64,000 nucleotides of DNA from Ramazzottius varieornatus. Its lineage: Eukaryota; Animalia; Tardigrada. Position 1 is the stretch's first letter; the number at the start of each line of letters is the position of its first letter. Under the pieces are notes generated by a model. That model had not been told where the DNA came from and did not search any database. It worked only from the letters and a program-made list of their open reading frames with translations. The stretch lies in the NCBI GenBank assembly GCA_001949185.1, contig BDGG01000002.1, positions 8,422,448 to 8,486,447 of the forward strand, written 5' to 3'. Positions 24,466-36,408 of this stretch are shown here, piece by piece. A program made the position numbers and the translations under genes.

Positions 24466-24480
24466 TTCTTCCCTCTTCCC
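24466..24480 (+). promoter_or_regulatory. Candidate 5'TOP/TCT initiator of RPLP0, within the RPB5/RPLP0 bidirectional promoter
   Basis: Polypyrimidine TTTCTTCCCTCTTCCC followed by a plausible 5'UTR intron (GTAAGT ~24517 to TCGTAG 24591). Confidence 0.45.
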
Positions 24481-24627
24481 ATCCAAAATTCCACCTCTGC
24501 GTGGCTAACCGCGTTCTGTAAGTCCTCCAGGATGTTCTGGAGATCGTGACCAGGCTGAAAGGTATATCGGTGAAGATGTGAGCATTCGTAGGTCTTTAGA
24601 CCTCTGTTGACATCCTGACACCACAAG

Positions 24628-26863
24628 ATGGTTCGGTAAGACAGAACGGCTTGGAAGGCCAGTTATTTCATCAAGCTTGGTGAGTTGTTTGACGAATACC
24701 CCAAAGCCTTCATCGTCGGCGTCGACAATGTCGGCAGCAAGCAGATGCAGCAGATTCGCATGTCCCTGCGTGGACATGCCGTCGTCCTTAACGGCAAGAA
24801 CACTATGATCCGCAAGGCGCTGCGTGCGCACTTGGAAAAGAATCCCCAGCTGGAAAAGTAAGTGTTCAGTCCTTCCGCATCCGTAGAGTGTTCACTGTGT
24901 TCCTCTTTGATTATCAGAAAGCGCTAGAACGATTTCTTGGAATTTCGGCAGTATCTTGATCTGTTTTCGGTCTGTTTCTTCCGTTGATTGAGTTTAGCGT
25001 TCGCGACTTCCGGTTTGCAAGATTTTCCCAGCTATCCACCTGAGTTCTAACTGAAGTAACGCGAAGGTTTATTCTTTAGGTTACTTCCGCACATGAAGGA
25101 GAATATCGCCTTTGTTTTCGCCAAGAGCGACTTGTCGGAAGTTCGCAACTTGCTGACGCAAAATAAGGCACGAGTACCATTCGTATGCTCAGAGTCTTTT
25201 GCTGGTCATTTCCATCTGGCCGTTCTCTCACTTTGATGTGCTGCAGCCGACGCTGAATTAACACCCTGAATACCAAGGTGTTTGTGTCGGCAGACTACCA
25301 GCGTACTCACTGTGAGTACAGAACTTTAACTGGAGGATAAGGGGAGGCGTAACCCAATTTAACCAATAGACAACTTTGAGAATTTCGAAATTGTGGACAT
25401 TGGCAGGTCGTAAAGGCCAACATGGGAAAAGTAGCCCTGGCCGTTTTGATTTTTTTCTGGACGCACCGATGACACCAAGTTTGTCCCAGGCCTATTATCG
25501 GCAGACGAAGCTCTCCTCAGTGTTTCAATTTTTTTCTAGCCTGCGGAAGTTGTACTGACCAGTGGTCATCGGCTGCGTTTCGGTGATAAGACCGCAGACC
25601 AGGCAAAGAAAACAAGTTTGTTTCAAACCGGGGAAAATGGAAATTATGGGAAGCGAAAAAGTGCCGTATTGTACTCGCAATGAGTACGGTGGTAATCAGG
25701 GTGTTAACCTATCGTCATTCTTACGATGATACTCTGCTTTGACACTGGTTCTGATTTCGGTAGGTGGCTGCTTCGGCTAAAGCAGGCGCGATTGCTCCCA
25801 TCGACGTGAAGGTCCAGCCGCAAAATACCGGTCTGGGTGTAGAGAAGACCTCCTTCTTCCAGGCGCTGCAAATTCCCACCAAGATCGCAAAGGGAACAAT
25901 CGAAATTCTGGTAGGTATTGCAATCGTTTACTGGCTAGACTCCGGATAATCCAGCCAAGGCCAGTTTCAATTGCGAAAACGAATGTACTGCAGTATCAAA
26001 AAAGGATCGGTCCGATGCCGCGCATAACTTTTTACTCTTACCTGTTGCTTTGCAGACTGAAGTTCATCTGATCAAACAGAATGACAAAGTCGGGGCTTCG
26101 GAAGCGACGCTGCTGAACATGTTGAAGATTTATCCCTTCAGCTACGGCCTAGTCATCCGTCAAGTCTACGACAACGGCTCGCTGTACGAACCAGCCATTC
26201 TTGACATCACCAGCGATGTCCTGCGCGGCCGTGTCATGGAGGTACGTTCCTCTTTCTCTCTTTATCCGGTTCTTCTTGGTATAGTTCCAGCTTCCCGTTT
26301 CAGTAATTGCGAGGCTGGCAAACCAGACGTTAAAGATCGATACCCTCACGGAGCGGCGCACGCTTCCAGCCACTGAAAGTGGAACCGTGCGCCACTTGGC
26401 ATATCGATTTTGTACGTTTCGTTAGCCGGTCTTCCAATTCTTCTTCCAACATGTGTCTTTCCTCCACAGGGAATTTCTCACATCGCGGCACTCAGTTTGA
26501 GAATGGGATATCCCACGAAGGTGTCTGCACCTCACTCGGTCCTCAACGGCTTCAAGAATTTGATGGCCTTGGCGGCCGAGACAGACTTGTCCTTCTCGCA
26601 AGCTGAGAAGGTACGTTTGGTTTCGAGGTTTGCTCTTTTCGAAGTTCGGCCTTCTAACGGTGATTGTCTCTTTGTAGATGCTGGCCATCCTCAAAGACCC
26701 AGCTGCTTTCGCTGCTGCCCAAGCTGCTTCGGCTCCTACAGCCGCTGCACCTGCTGCTGCCGCCACTGGCAAGGATGCAAAGCCAGCTGCTCCAGTCAAG
26801 GAGGAAAAGAAGGAAGAGTCCGATGATGAAGGAGACTTGTTCGGTGGAGGACTTTTTGATTAG
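24628..26863 (+). CDS. RPLP0: 60S acidic ribosomal protein P0 (uL10); exons 24628-24857, 25080-25167, 25764-25910, 26056-26241, 26470-26610, 26678-26863; in-frame TAA at codon 4 in this sequence
   Basis: [73 protein letters not shown], acidic tail EESDD...GLFD. Confidence 0.95.
25262..25703. mobile_element. Non-autonomous piggyBac-type MITE in RPLP0 intron 2
   Basis: TTAA on both sides (25258-25261, 25704-25707); TIR CACCCTGA(A/T)TACCA; internal repeat TACCA.CGTACTCA.TG.GAGTACA at both ends with asymmetric spacing. Confidence 0.85.
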
Positions 26864-27744
26864 ACTTGGCTGTCCGAATGCTCTTAAACCGTTTTCGAAA
26901 TTGACATCTGCAATAAAATGAGAGCAACACAGGTGGAAATGAGTTATGGTGTTCGGGTTCCGTGTGGAATGTTACGATCAGTCCAGTAAACAAAGATAAT
27001 TTGAAGGAACCAGGTCGGTGAAACAGTATCGATTGTCTCCCGTGAATTTCGTTTGAGATTCGAGTCAATTTCGAGAAGCTTCAGGGGAACCTATTACGCT
27101 TTGTGCTGGGGCTGTAATGGGTTAGGAAGAGGGTAAACTCACAGCCGAATTTGCTTCTTATATCTTAATTCAGGATTCAGGAATAATCAAGGTCGAATAA
27201 CACGTCTCGAAGTTCGAGACGAAAGAAGACGTACTGTACGAGCAGAGGCTGCAGACCTGCAGAGAGCCTTCTGAAGTCAGACGCCCGCCAGTCAGTATCC
27301 TAATATCATGTTATGCAATGTCATGTCAAGTAGCGTGGCGCACGAGGCGCGCACATCCACCTGCGCACTCAAGAGAGGCTGCGCAGTGCATTACCCAAAG
27401 TAAACATTGGAGAAAGCTCGGCGGAAGCGGCGACTCTTCGTCCTCTGCTCTTTGCCACGCTTCGCAGCTCTCGCTGAGAAGTCTGGCCTTCCCCAGGCTA
27501 TTTTAAACTTTTTCGACATAGAAAATGCGAGACTCCACCACTCTTCAGCGTGGTGCGTTCATTCCTCTCCGACAGTTGCGGCTGCCGTTTCGGGGCGCGC
27601 ATGTCAGTCCAAGTAAGTCATCATTCTCATCTCGTTGTAAAGCTCCCCTGACGAATCTTCCTTCCACGTCTTTTTCTTCCCTTCACAGGCCGGACAATCA
27701 CTTAACCATCGGGGTATCCACTGGCGAAGGCGATCACCGTCATC

Positions 27745-29282
27745 ATGGATCCGGAAATGTTTCTGGACGTGGCCAATTCGGTGGCAGAGTTGCACATGTT
27801 CCCCTACTTTGACATCGCTAACTATGCCTTGTCCTGCATCCATGTTCGCGATGACATGAACCCCAGTATGTCCCTAGAATACTATGCTCCTTTCTTTACA
27901 GTCTAGCGTTAAGATATGTTGGCATTTGTGATTGTAGATTTCCTGATTGTTTCTCGCAAGCATCCGTTTGCCTGCTGGATATCTTCCATGCTTTCTTGCT
28001 TCGCTGGCTACATCGTCTCGAACCTTCTCTTGGGCGAAATGCCTTTGGCACCCTTCAAGAGTGCAGAAAATGTCGCTTTGGCCAGCCTGGTTTGGTAAGG
28101 TGACACTGTTGAAGTTTTTCGCGGAATTTCTAGACCAAAGAATAATTATATTCAGAAAATAATGCTACTGTTTCGCTGTGACGTCACGGTGCCCTTCGAA
28201 TTGATTGATGGTCCTCGTTGATCTGACTTCCGGTTGCAGGTATTTGATTTTCTATTCGCCGTTCGACGTGACGTACAAGCTGTGCAAATGGTTTCCGGTC
28301 AAGGCCGTTCTCAACGTGCTGAAGGAGATTCTCCGGGTCCACAAAGTCCACCACGGAATCCACCACGCCAGGAAGATGTACCCCAACGCCTACTTGGTTC
28401 ACATCATCATCGGTGTAGCTCGGGGAGCCGGCGCTGGCTTCACCAAAGTCATCGAGAGGTTCATTCGCGGAACGTGGACCACCACTGGCCACGAATTCCT
28501 GCAACCCTCTTTGTAAGTCTGGAAGAGTTTTGTCGTCTGTGAAGCGCTCAAAGTCGTTTTCTTGAGTGGCGCACATCTTCAGTGCTGTAGGCAAGTGCGC
28601 GCCACTTGGCACAGTCGACAACATTGCTTTCCCATATGGTCCACGTTTCTACTGTCCTAAGGTGGGAATATGCGCCACTCAGGCTAACGATCTCAGACGC
28701 TTCGTTTGCCAGCCTCCCATCTTTCTTTTGAATACTTTGGTGTTTACTTAGCATACTTTTGTTCCTTTTCGTTGTAGCCCAACCAAGGCATGCTTCGCCG
28801 CTTCGGTGTTCTTCGTGCTGGAAGACATGACAGACTGGATGACTTGGCCGCACTCGATCGGCTACCTGGTCGTGGTTATCTTCTTTGTCTACTTCAAAGT
28901 ATCTAGCATGCTTTTACATATTCACGACCCGTTCCAGCCGATCGAGAATCTCTTTTGCGCGGTAAGCTTTTTTGGGAGGTCGCGAAGCGAAACACGCAAG
29001 ACTTTTATCACAAGTGGCGCATGCTTACAGTAGATAACAATAAAAGCGTGCGCCACTTGAGATAAACTTTTTGTGTTTCGTTTGCTGACCTCTCGTTTTG
29101 TCTCTTGGCCGAACCCTGTTTCGTGAGAAATTCGCGGTCAACGTTTTTCCTTTCAGGTGTTTATGGGTGGTCTGACAGATGCACTGAGCCGCGCTCTGCA
29201 GAGCAGTCGGGAGAAGAGTGCGGCCAAAGTACCTGGCGCAGCTGTCGTACAGAATGGCGATGGTGACAAGAAGAAACTGTGA
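27745..29282 (+). CDS. TMEM38: Trimeric intracellular cation channel (TRIC); exons 27745-27865, 27938-28094, 28240-28512, 28778-28961, 29157-29282
   Basis: MFPYFDIA, SRKHPFACWISSML.CFAG, WYLIFYSPFD, LKEILRVHKV..G, ARGAG.GF, RGTW....EFL.PSFPTK, HDPF.P.EN. Confidence 0.93.
28564..29059. repeat. 72-bp-period hairpin family units in two TRIC introns (28564-28682 and 29011-29059)
   Basis: GAGTGGCGCAC...GCGCCACTTGG; CAAGTGGCGCAT...GTGCGCCACTTG. Confidence 0.75.
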
Positions 29283-29992
29283 AAACCAGCAAGCTCTGAA
29301 GATAGATTTTGATTTTAATTTTTGTTTTAGTGCCTTTCTTTCCTCTGCCTTCGTACCAAATGCCTTTAGGTCTTCCTTGTCTTTTTACCCGTGGCCTTCG
29401 GCGTAATCGCTTTAAGGCAACAGCCTTTGGTTGTTATGTTGCCTCTGCCTGGTTTGTGTTTCACCCCGGTCCAAATTTGCAAGCTTTTAGTTATTGTCTG
29501 AGTACCCTTGTTGACATTAATGACATCATATGCGATATGTGGGTTAGATCGGAAGAGTACAGTCGGTTCTTCGTGTGTTCCACGTACCAATGGTCATAAT
29601 CCTCTACGAGCAAGAATACCGCGCACAATAGAAGGAATCTTCGTTTGCCATTATGTAACCTGAAAACTTCCGCTGCTCGACGAGTTTCTGACCGGCTTGA
29701 CAAGGCACCCAAGGAAGGGACTGAGCGTTTGTTGAGCTGCGCAGTTACCGGTTGAGAAATGGGTTTCCATGAAAAACATGTGAACCTGCAGGCCACAGCC
29801 GTACTTCCTCCCCTCAGGTTCGCTTCGAGGCTAGCCTTTTTCTCCATAAGCAGCAGTTACAGATGCACCGATGCTGATGTGGGAAGTATAGCGAACTCAA
29901 TTCATTGCTTTCTTCCCTTGTTTCGACTCGGTTGCTTTGGTACTTTCATCGAGCTGAATTCTGCACTGTCTATCTGCATGTAACCAACAGCA

Positions 29993-30788
29993 ATGACGGC
30001 CCCGACATTTTTGGTTCTGAGCGGCTTTCTGCTGGTAAAGTATGCTGTTGACCACAGCACAGATCTCCAGTCTGGCCATAATGTTATCTCAAGAACCGGG
30101 AAATCTGCCGCTGGCTCTGTCTGACGAACCTTTTTCTTGTTCTTTATAGGCCGTAGTCAGCAGTAGCCCGCCGACGTCATCCGATGGAGGCAACATTGAA
30201 ATCGTCATTCAGGACGGTCAAAGTCAGACAGTTGAATGTACGGAAGTAGGCAAGGTGGTGACGATTGCTAACGCCACATATCCCTGGTACTCGGTGCAGT
30301 TTCTCGCATTTCAAAGCTCAAGCTGCTTTATGGCCAGTTTATGGCGACATTGTTGCTGGTGTTTTCAGGACCGAACCAGCCAAGCCGGCACGCTCCACCC
30401 TGGGCAGTGTGTGGGACTCAATTGGCTGCATTTTCGGCTGCAGTCAGCCAAGCACAAGCACTGCTGCACCGAAGACCTTGTGCAACTCGGACATGGATGT
30501 CACCATGGCCATTGGCAACCACTGTAGAAACGAGACCTCGTGCCAAATCACAGCCAACGATGCCGAGGATTCAGCTGCGCTGGGAGAAACCTGCAAAAGC
30601 AAGCGGCCCTTGCATCTCGAATATCAGTGTGCAGGTAGGAGCAAATACTACTCTGCTGCTACCATTATTAAAGACGTGTCGAATGTCATTGGCCACCGTA
30701 ACCCATGATTTCTGCTGCAGCACCTGTCGCAAAAAGAGGCAAAAAGAAGGAAGGAGTCAGGGCGATGGTCCTCGAGCTGGTCAAGTGA
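29993..30788 (+). CDS. Small secreted SUEL/Gal-lectin-like protein, paralog A; exons 29993-30034, 30150-30285, 30369-30633, 30721-30788
   Basis: Signal exon MTAPTFLVLSGFLL; I.DGQSQTVEC...VVTIANATY...C...HC.NETSC.ITAN...TC...RPLHLEYQC Cys spacing of the SUEL fold. Confidence 0.7.
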
Positions 30789-31067
30789 TCCAGTTTATCC
30801 GCTATGGCCATATTTCTTCTATTGTACTTACCAAAAATTGGCATTGGAGCAATAGATTCTGTGGTGAAACGTCCCCATTGTTTCTGCGTCTCAAGCTTAA
30901 GAGCAAAGCTTAGCCAGAGGTCAGCGCAGGAAAGTGCTTCAGGTAGAATGTGACGTAGTTGATCTGATTCATCAGTCGAATAAAAAACTACCGGGCTAGG
31001 GTTTCCAATGGCGGAGCGGGTGGCGTTCTGGACAGTTGGCAGGTGCAATGAAAAAGGAGTGACTTAA

Positions 31068-31448
31068 AAGGGAACGAAGGTCAGTCTGAGAGTCCAAAAC
31101 TCTTCCAAATTTTTCGTTTTTCGTCGGTTTTCCTTCCACCGCGAAAACTTCCACGAAAACGAATTTTTTTGTTTCGCTAAACTGAAACAGCAGAAGCGTT
31201 CAATAGTTCATGTGATGTATGTTGTTGCTTATGACGTCATGCTTCGGACGATACGAGACCGTGTAGACGGCGAAAAGTCGAAGGTCCCACAGTGGTTTCA
31301 ACAGGGCTCCACCCATTTGTAATTTTCTCATGAGCCAGAAGATTGTTACCGGCAATTGAGATTACCTTGAAACAGTAGCCAGGACCGAGTACTTTCGATG
31401 GAAAAAGTTGGAAGAGTTTTGGACTCTCAGACTGACCTTCGTTCCCTT
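31068..31448. mobile_element. MITE with ~46-bp near-perfect terminal inverted repeats
   Basis: AAGGGAACGAAGGTCAGTCTGAGAGTCCAAAACTCTTCCAA at the left end and its reverse complement at the right end; TTAA close to both ends. Confidence 0.85.
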
Positions 31449-31846
31449 GTTAATGACACCCACCATTGAAGGATATTAATCTCACTTTCTTACTATCTAA
31501 CTCGCGAAAGCAGCTTCTCGGTTAGCAGAAGAATTTCTGAGTGATGCCAGTCAGAGAAACGATGCGGCTGTCAAGTCGGAGGTAGCCGAGGACCGTTGTC
31601 TAAGCCAGCCGTCACCCAGCTGCAAAAAGTGACTTTTTAGCAACGAAGAGAAACGTCGATGAAAAGATACTCCTCAGGCTCATTTGAAACATCAAGACTT
31701 ACTGCTATGGTACAGTATCATACATGCAGGTACTGCCATATAGCCGAGCTGTTTGTGATCACCCGTTTGTAGTCCAATGGTCTTGTTGTAGTGTGTCATA
31801 GTCTGGCTTCCGGTCAAAGTGTCAAGGACCAAGGGCAGATACCACC

Positions 31847-32550
31847 ATGCGCTCCCTGCCACTTGTCATTCTCCTCGTAAGTATATTCTTCCACTTGTCT
31901 CTCCGTAGGCCTGACAAACGCAGGCGACAAAATTGTTTCTGCCGTGAGGCACGTTTCCAGTGTAATTTGGCTGGAAGGGTGCGCCACGACATGCGCTTGA
32001 TCTTCCAAGAGCTACGTTTCCCATCGTACAGTAATTCATGGGTCTGAATTGGGACTTTGTATAGGCTGTAGCCAGCAGTATAGCAGGCCGTCGAGGCTCC
32101 ATCAGAATGACCATTGCGGACGGTCGCTCGCGGACAATCCGTTGTAGCCGGGCCCCGACAGTGATCGTCATCGATGACGCCAAGTACCAGTTGCCCAAGG
32201 GATCCTCATCACACTCGCGTTCTGTAGTTCGTGCCTCATGTACCACGGCCGCTGGCCTGCGAGCCATGATTGTCCATCAGTGCACGGGCAAGGCATCGTG
32301 CACCATCACAGCCAACGAGGCCCAAGCCAGTTCTAACCCAGCCTGCAACACCAGACGCTCTTTGATGGTCCAATATCGCTGCGCAGGTACGACATGCACC
32401 ACTGGCTTACCTTCTCATCCATCGGCTGCAGCCAGACCAAAAAATGCATCTTACGACCCATTCTTTTTTCCAGCACCCTCCACATTTACTACTCTCACTA
32501 CCCCTGCAACATTCGGATATGCCATGGTCAACCCGTGGCTCAACATTTAA
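31847..32550 (+). CDS. Small secreted SUEL-like protein, paralog B; exons 31847-31876, 32065-32386, 32474-32550
   Basis: Signal MRSLPLVILLAVASS; IADGRSRTIRC...IVIDDAKY...C...QCTGKASCTITAN...PAC...LMVQYRC. Confidence 0.72.
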
Positions 32551-33375
32551 ATGTCTGACCTCCATATTTTTCCTGACAACCCCGTCGTCCGGCCCGTTCT
32601 TTATCAGACCGTGATCCTGCCGTGTAATATCATGTCGACGCATGGGTTGGTTATACGATTGGTATAAGGGGTTGCCAGTGCCTTCATTTCCTTTTATGCT
32701 TTTGATAAAGTCTCCATTAGACAACTGCCACAGCACTAACTCTACCGACCATACCCACGGTTTTAGCGGGTTTCACTGTCTAGATCTATCAGCTTGGCTG
32801 AAAGTTTGCTGCTGCTGCAAGCGCCCTAACGCCCCAGATAAGCAGGTACTCGTACCTAATACAGCGCGTAGGGTGGCGCCAGCCCTGCAACCGTATTGTT
32901 CAAGTCAGCTTGAGTTAGCCGCCATCTCCACATTCACTGCAACTAAACGGCTCTGTTTTTCCCGCGATGGATAACCATTGTCTACATCCAGTAGTCTTTC
33001 GGCCGTTGAGATATGCCTGCAAAACAAGGACTAGGCTTGGAAGAGAACGTCTCGGAGGCTGAAGTTGGATAGTATGCTTTCATGAGGACCGGTTGGAAGG
33101 CGGAAGTTATCGAAATTGAAGAATGCTTTCCACGTACAAAGTGGATTGTGTGCAGCGGTGAAGCAGGCCCCTCCGGGCTGGACAAGGAAGACAAACACTG
33201 TTGTAGTGGATATATCAATAGTCGCTTCAAGCATAGTTAGGTCCTGTAATCTGGCAGATTGTGCATCTATCGTCCTCGACGTCTGTCCCTCCAGTCATAT
33301 TCTAGTCTTTCACTGTCCTTCTAGCTCCGTGGCACCTTTCAGCTGGTGACTGCACAGTATTTTACGAGCATAACG

Positions 33376-34023
33376 ATGAAGCCCCAGTCGTACGCCTCTC
33401 CATCCCTGCTTCTCAGCCTTATTCTACTGGTGAGTACAAGTGTACTGTCCATGTCACCGTCCCTGAGCTGCGGTCAAATGCCATCAAAGTCCAGCCAGCT
33501 ACTAGTTGCTAGTGCGGTCAGCGTCTGGACAATGCCTTTGGGGGGGAGGTAACTGCGCTGTCTCAGTTTGCCACACATTGTAGGTGGTGGCCAGGGGGGC
33601 GGCAGACGATGGAAGCAACATCAAAGTGACCATCGCTAATGTGCATTCCCAGACGACGCTCCGTTGTAGCCAAGCTGGCAAGGTCTTGGCCATTGCTGGG
33701 GTGCACCACGACGAGGCAGTCACCAGCGCCCCATCCCCTACGCATGGCCCTCTTGCCGCCTCCTGCCTCGACCCCTTTGAGCTGCAAGTCATGCTGCGCA
33801 GCCGCTGCATGAACCAGGCAACCTGCACCTTCAAAGCCGACGAGGCTGCCAGCAAGGCACAGCAGCCCTTGATTGTTGAATATCAATGCGTCGGTACGGT
33901 GACCTTTCAGTTCGTTGCCTGATCTAATAGGGGGTCTCACGCATGTTTCTTTTTCTCACAGCACCGGGCACAGTCCTAGATAGCGAGCGACCAGCCAATG
34001 CCATGGTCATCGAGATGCTTTGA
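33376..34023 (+). CDS. Small secreted SUEL-like protein, paralog C; exons 33376-33429, 33584-33893, 33962-34023
   Basis: Signal MKPQSYASPSLLLSLILL; TTLRCSQAGKVLAI...SC...RCMNQATCTFKA...PLIVEYQC; same first and last intron positions and phases as A and B. Confidence 0.7.
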
Positions 34024-34327
34024 GCCTTTAACATTTGGTTTTCCACTTGACAACTCCATCAACAGGCTTCGCCGCAACCCGAAACCCGTCGATGTGTAAT
34101 GGATGGAGCCTTCCTTCTTATCGGACAGTTGATGGTATTTCTATCATAAGTCTGACTGCCTGCTGGTATATTTCACTTTGTCTGATAAAATCATCCATAC
34201 AAAACCGCTCCAGTTACTCTCATGTAGTCAAGTTCAGCTCATTAAAAAACCAATAAAAAAATCCTCATTCGAGTAACAAAAACAAGACGGTACTTGGAAA
34301 GCTTCGAGACAAGGAAAACACCATAAC

Positions 34328-35863
34328 TTACAGTCGTAGAACACTTTCTGCAATGTTCAAGTCAGGGACAGTATAATGAACATCATAGTGGGTAGCGTCG
34401 CCGGTAAAGGGCGCTCGAGGTAGCGGTATTTCCGTGTCTGCCATGTAGATGTCTTCATCGTCAATGTTAATCGTATGATTTGTCATGTCGTCTTGCGCAT
34501 AGTAGACCTCAACGGGGACCGACCGTTTCTTTCGATACTGATGTGCGTAGCCGGCCGGGACGGTGGGTGGTGTGACATACTGTCCAGAGTAGGCCGGCGG
34601 TCTTCCTGGGACATTGATGATGGGAGGTGGCACACCGATGATGGCACCCCATCCCACCCGGCAACACTGAATCCACTCGATGCGACGCTCTATGTAACCC
34701 TGTGGTAAGAAGCAAAGAACGTCACCGAGACCGTGCTGTAGATGGCCAAACAAAACGCACAAGCATCGTCGACTGCAGTGGCGCAAGTCTGCCTTATCTT
34801 CGGCTGACAGCCTGCGCCACTTGGTCAAGTCGACAAGACCGTTTGAGCAAGTGGCGCACTTTCTCAGTGTAATTGACGGAAAGCGTGCGCCGCTGAAAGG
34901 CACAATTTGTTCGGACGTCGCTACCTGGTAGGTGTTGTGGATGGGGACCTGTTTCGCCGTGGTGCCGGTAATGACATAGCCGGTGGCGCACTGCACCAAG
35001 AAGAAGTTACCGTCATAGTACTCAAAGTACAGGTCGTGTGTGGTGACGTAGTAGCAGGAGAGGTAGTCGATATAGTAGCCACGAGGTAGTCGGCAACACT
35101 TATAGGGCTGATTGAAGTTTTCGTTAGGCGGGAAGAAGGTCCACCAGACAAAGTCCGTATCATAATAGCCTGTCAGGGAGGAATAACAGGAGAAATAAGG
35201 CGGACAAATGGGTAGGTATATACCTGTGACGAAGGTATTGGCCGTCAAGGAATGATTGTTCTTGCTGTAGCAGAAAGGGTCTTTCAGATAGTCCTTGACG
35301 AAGCAGTAGGGATAGTAGGGGTAAACTCCTTGGGAAGGTGGCTTGAAGGGGAACATGAACTTGCAAAAGACGTAGGTCAGAGCCTAAAGGATAAGCCGCC
35401 CACTATATGCACAAGTCCGGCTCTATATGGACAAGACCACAGACAGGGCCGAGAGTTGCGCTGCTGCCCTTACCCCAAAGTCCCAGATGTTGTCTCCGAT
35501 TCCTATAGAATAAAGCACAAACTTGTATCGACGAGCAGGTTGGCCTTCTGGAAGAGGCAGAACATGCAGCTGCTGTACAAGAGGGAAAGTGGGTGGCATA
35601 CGCTACCTACTGCGGCTTCGCCGTCGAAACATTCAACCTGCCACTTGCGGTGAGGTGACTCGGGGCCAGGTCCACCATTTCCGTGGTAGGTGGTGATGAC
35701 AGTGTCTCCCTAAATTTCAGCACCATATTACAAAGCATCTCCATCAGACAAGAGCCAACTGACATACCGTGCCGTAACTCTTGTACATGCCATAGTAAAA
35801 CTGCGTCCCCAAAACCGACGCCAACAATGAGCTCAAGTATAGGAACAACATGCCCGAATCCAT
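34328..35863 (-). CDS. Secreted Tyr/Cys-rich protein with dermatopontin/amebocyte-aggregation-factor-like repeats and a furin site (5 exons)
   Basis: Signal MDSGMLFLYLSSLLASVLG; repeats W.VEC.DGEA.VG...FCK, FVTG...YKCCR, VQCATGYVITG...RRIEWIQCCR; RKKRS then acidic tail; exon phases consistent. The family call is tentative. Confidence 0.6.
34776..34893. repeat. 72-bp-period hairpin family, 2 units (dermatopontin-like intron)
   Basis: CAGTGGCGCAA...TGCGCCACTTGG, GACAAGAC linker, CAAGTGGCGCAC...GTGCGCCGCTG. Confidence 0.8.
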
Positions 35864-36408
35864 GAAATGATGGTCGTCTGGCAGAGAAACTCTTGTTCTT
35901 GATCGTCATATCATCTTTTGTATCAAGCCTTTTCATGGTCTTCACAGTTCAATATCACCTTCCTCATCAAGTGCCTAGGAGGCACGCTGCAGGTAGGCAG
36001 CCATCATGAAGGCCGCTGTCGATTACCAAGCTGCATTCAGAGCTAACACTGACCATGAATACGCTCTTCCGGGTCGCACAAATGGCCATCAGCCAAGTGA
36101 GAAGTCGTCTGACAAAAGATATTGCCTTACGTCAGTTGTCACGTTTATTTACCCTACTTCTTCAAGGAGAACTGACGAGATTATCAGAAGAAACCCACTG
36201 TTAAAAAGAAGAGTATCCATGTCACCATCATATTAAAACATAAGAAACAAGAAAGTCAAGTTTTTCAGCGCGGTTTGCAACGCATGGCGGAGTGTGTGGG
36301 ACAGAAGGGCAGATGAAGAATTAGTTGAAAACTCTAAAAAGCAACAACTTCAGAAAAAGACAGAAGTGCAAATTCCCAGCGACGGAAAGACAACTTCCCC
36401 ATCAAAGC

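Noticed and set aside
25233-25755. C/D-box snoRNA split by the MITE in the RPLP0 intron (TGATGT, CTGA motifs)
   Set aside because: Box C is imperfect, there is no terminal stem, and I recognised no rRNA-complementary guide
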